Assembly (NCBI GenBank): GCA_003344405.1
Contig: NOWV01000245.1
Coordinates: forward strand, 1-64,000
Origin: Trichoplax sp. H2
Lineage: Eukaryota
Direction: 5' to 3'
Length of the DNA stretch: 64,000 nucleotides
The position numbers were made by a program, and so were the translations under genes. Numbering within the stretch: the stretch's first letter is position 1; the number at the start of each line of letters is the position of its first letter. Below are positions 62,101-64,000 of this stretch, piece by piece. The notes under the pieces were generated by a model. It was not told the DNA's origin. It was given only the letters and a program-made list of their open reading frames with translations, and made no database searches.

Positions 62101-64000
62101 CTATTTGCTTCGTAATCATTCCAAGCTTATCGTTGATTAATTTTTAAACATAGTTACTTTCAATATAGAGTGCAGTGCATTTCATGAAATTAATGATCGT
62201 GTAAATAAATAAATAATTCCTAGTAAGCTCTGCTACACGCGTATTTATAATTCATAATGTTTAATACTTAAGATCAGATAAAGAGCTGTTATATCAACTA
62301 TTTGATCAACTAAACATTAACTTGATACCGAATAGAGTTCGAGAATACGAATTTGGAATAAGATTTTTCTTGTTCTATCAGCTAAAGATTAATGTGTCAT
62401 CGTTGTTTTTAAATATTAAAGAATTCTAAATATTATATAGTGTACGGAGCTATGTAGATGAGCTTGTGTGAATAGTTTTTTATTATAAACAGTAATAATG
62501 TAAGAGCATTTGATGCATACAATGACTTCTTTCTCTTTTTTTAAAGCGCGTCCTCGACATGATACCGATGCTCGGATTGCCTCTTACCGGTAATCATAAT
62601 TATGATAACTTACAGTAGGATAACTCCTTCATCATTTAGTCAGGACATTTCTAGTGGTTAATATTGGTCAGGCGTTGATGCAGAAATTGTAAATGTTGAA
62701 TTTAACACGAATAAACTAGCCTTGCCGTACATGTAGAGAGAAATGTAAATTCCGTCATTGTCATGGTTATGTTCGCGCGAGCAAAAATTGACGTTGTGGA
62801 CTGATTGGAAAGAAAGATGTCAATACTGATCACTAGTAGCTTTTATGGCGTTAACTCATCAGATTTGCAGTTAGTAGTTACCAGTTATCGGCAATCATAA
62901 GTAATTAAAATTGTTTGAGAAGTCTAAGCACCATCGTGTGCGCTGTTTGATTTAGTTACGTTCAGTAGTGAGACCCATCGTGACCTAAATCATCTCAGTT
63001 AGACCGCAAGGTCAAATAATATTCAACGTCGTTTTGGATCATTACTTGATCTCAAATATAGAGTAACCCAGGCCTAGCAGACATCGGTCAGGTATTGATT
63101 ATTTGCGTAGAAGTAGTCTAATTAGTATATTAGTCGGAGTACCTCGAGAATTTCCCGCATCTGCGGATGAAATAGTTCTCATACAATACGTTAAAAATAC
63201 TGAATGGTAACAGGATATCACTCGAATAAATTTTTAGTCCTAATATTTTCGCTAGTTGCTATTAGGGAAAGCGAGAAAATTGTGAATGTTAGAAAGGACA
63301 CCATTACTAATCCTATTCTTGAGATACAGGAATGAAGAAACTTCTTAATAGCTTAATACCGACTATAACTACTCTTATTGGCCTACCAGCAATTACTTTT
63401 TATCGAACAGAAATTGGAGACCAAGTATACGCCAAAATATTACTTACATTACAAAACTCGTACTTTTTATTGTAAGTTAGCTGGCTAATGTATCTCCTCG
63501 ATCGATAGATACAGATCTACTACTCCATAAATGTATTTCAAGATGAAAAAGCGTTAAATCTATCCAATTCAAATGTTAAAATTACTAACAAAACTTATTC
63601 GTTTGCACAATCCTGCTTAGACTACGAGCACTTTTAAGCTAAAGTGTCTTGGCTAGTGTTTTAACAAATACGTTAAGACCTATTTCTATCATTTGATGAT
63701 GAACAAGAATTTAAATACCTTGAAATAAAGAAGATCTAAGGTAAAATAAATCGTAAAGAAAAAGACATTGAAAAGAAACTACTCAACTAAAAATTCTCCT
63801 TGAAAAGGCGTAATTAAAAAATTTCCACTAAAAATACATGTATTGTCAGTATCGGGGGGGGGGGAATTACGTTAGCTATGGCTTTGAGGGAGAATCTTTA
63901 CTTGAGTAGTCCCTGTAGTGAACTAGAGGGGACAGATTAAGAACCAAAACTATGATCTATTGACTAAAATAGTAAAACCTAGAAACGCAATCGTGCTTGG

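Overview
AT-rich (roughly one-third GC by eye), intron-dense animal genomic DNA with short introns (mostly 70-130 nt) and intron positions that resemble those of human orthologues. This fits a basal metazoan such as the placozoan Trichoplax, but that is inference from genome style only. By splicing exons manually I reconstruct, in order: a possible first exon of an unidentified minus-strand gene; three TPMT-family SAM methyltransferase genes with intronless CDSs (two in tandem on +, one inverted), with a decayed multi-exon coiled-coil gene between the first two; GLRX3 (12 exons); ARHGAP19 (13 coding exons); SMC3 (34 exons, one AT-AC U12-type intron); CSPP1 (8 coding exons, head-to-head with SMC3); TEX261 (6 exons, one GC-AG intron); a single-exon eh1 plus 5xC2H2 zinc-finger gene in a gene-poor region; and an orphan two-exon ABCC/MRP fragment next to an assembly gap. 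I recognised no rRNA, tRNA, CRISPR array or autonomous transposon. The most interesting signals are: a TPMT-like cluster with a rewritten acceptor pocket and a gene-conversion-like identity tract; a TACAG/CTGTA palindromic micro-repeat that marks most gene 5' ends; a perfect 13-bp palindrome in the TPMT/GLRX3 divergent promoter; minor-spliceosome signals in SMC3; and an intronic pre-miRNA-like hairpin. Several near-identical duplications flank N-gaps and may be two haplotypes assembled side by side. I cannot support a wholly new multi-gene system. All exon models and motif matches were made by eye without alignment tools.
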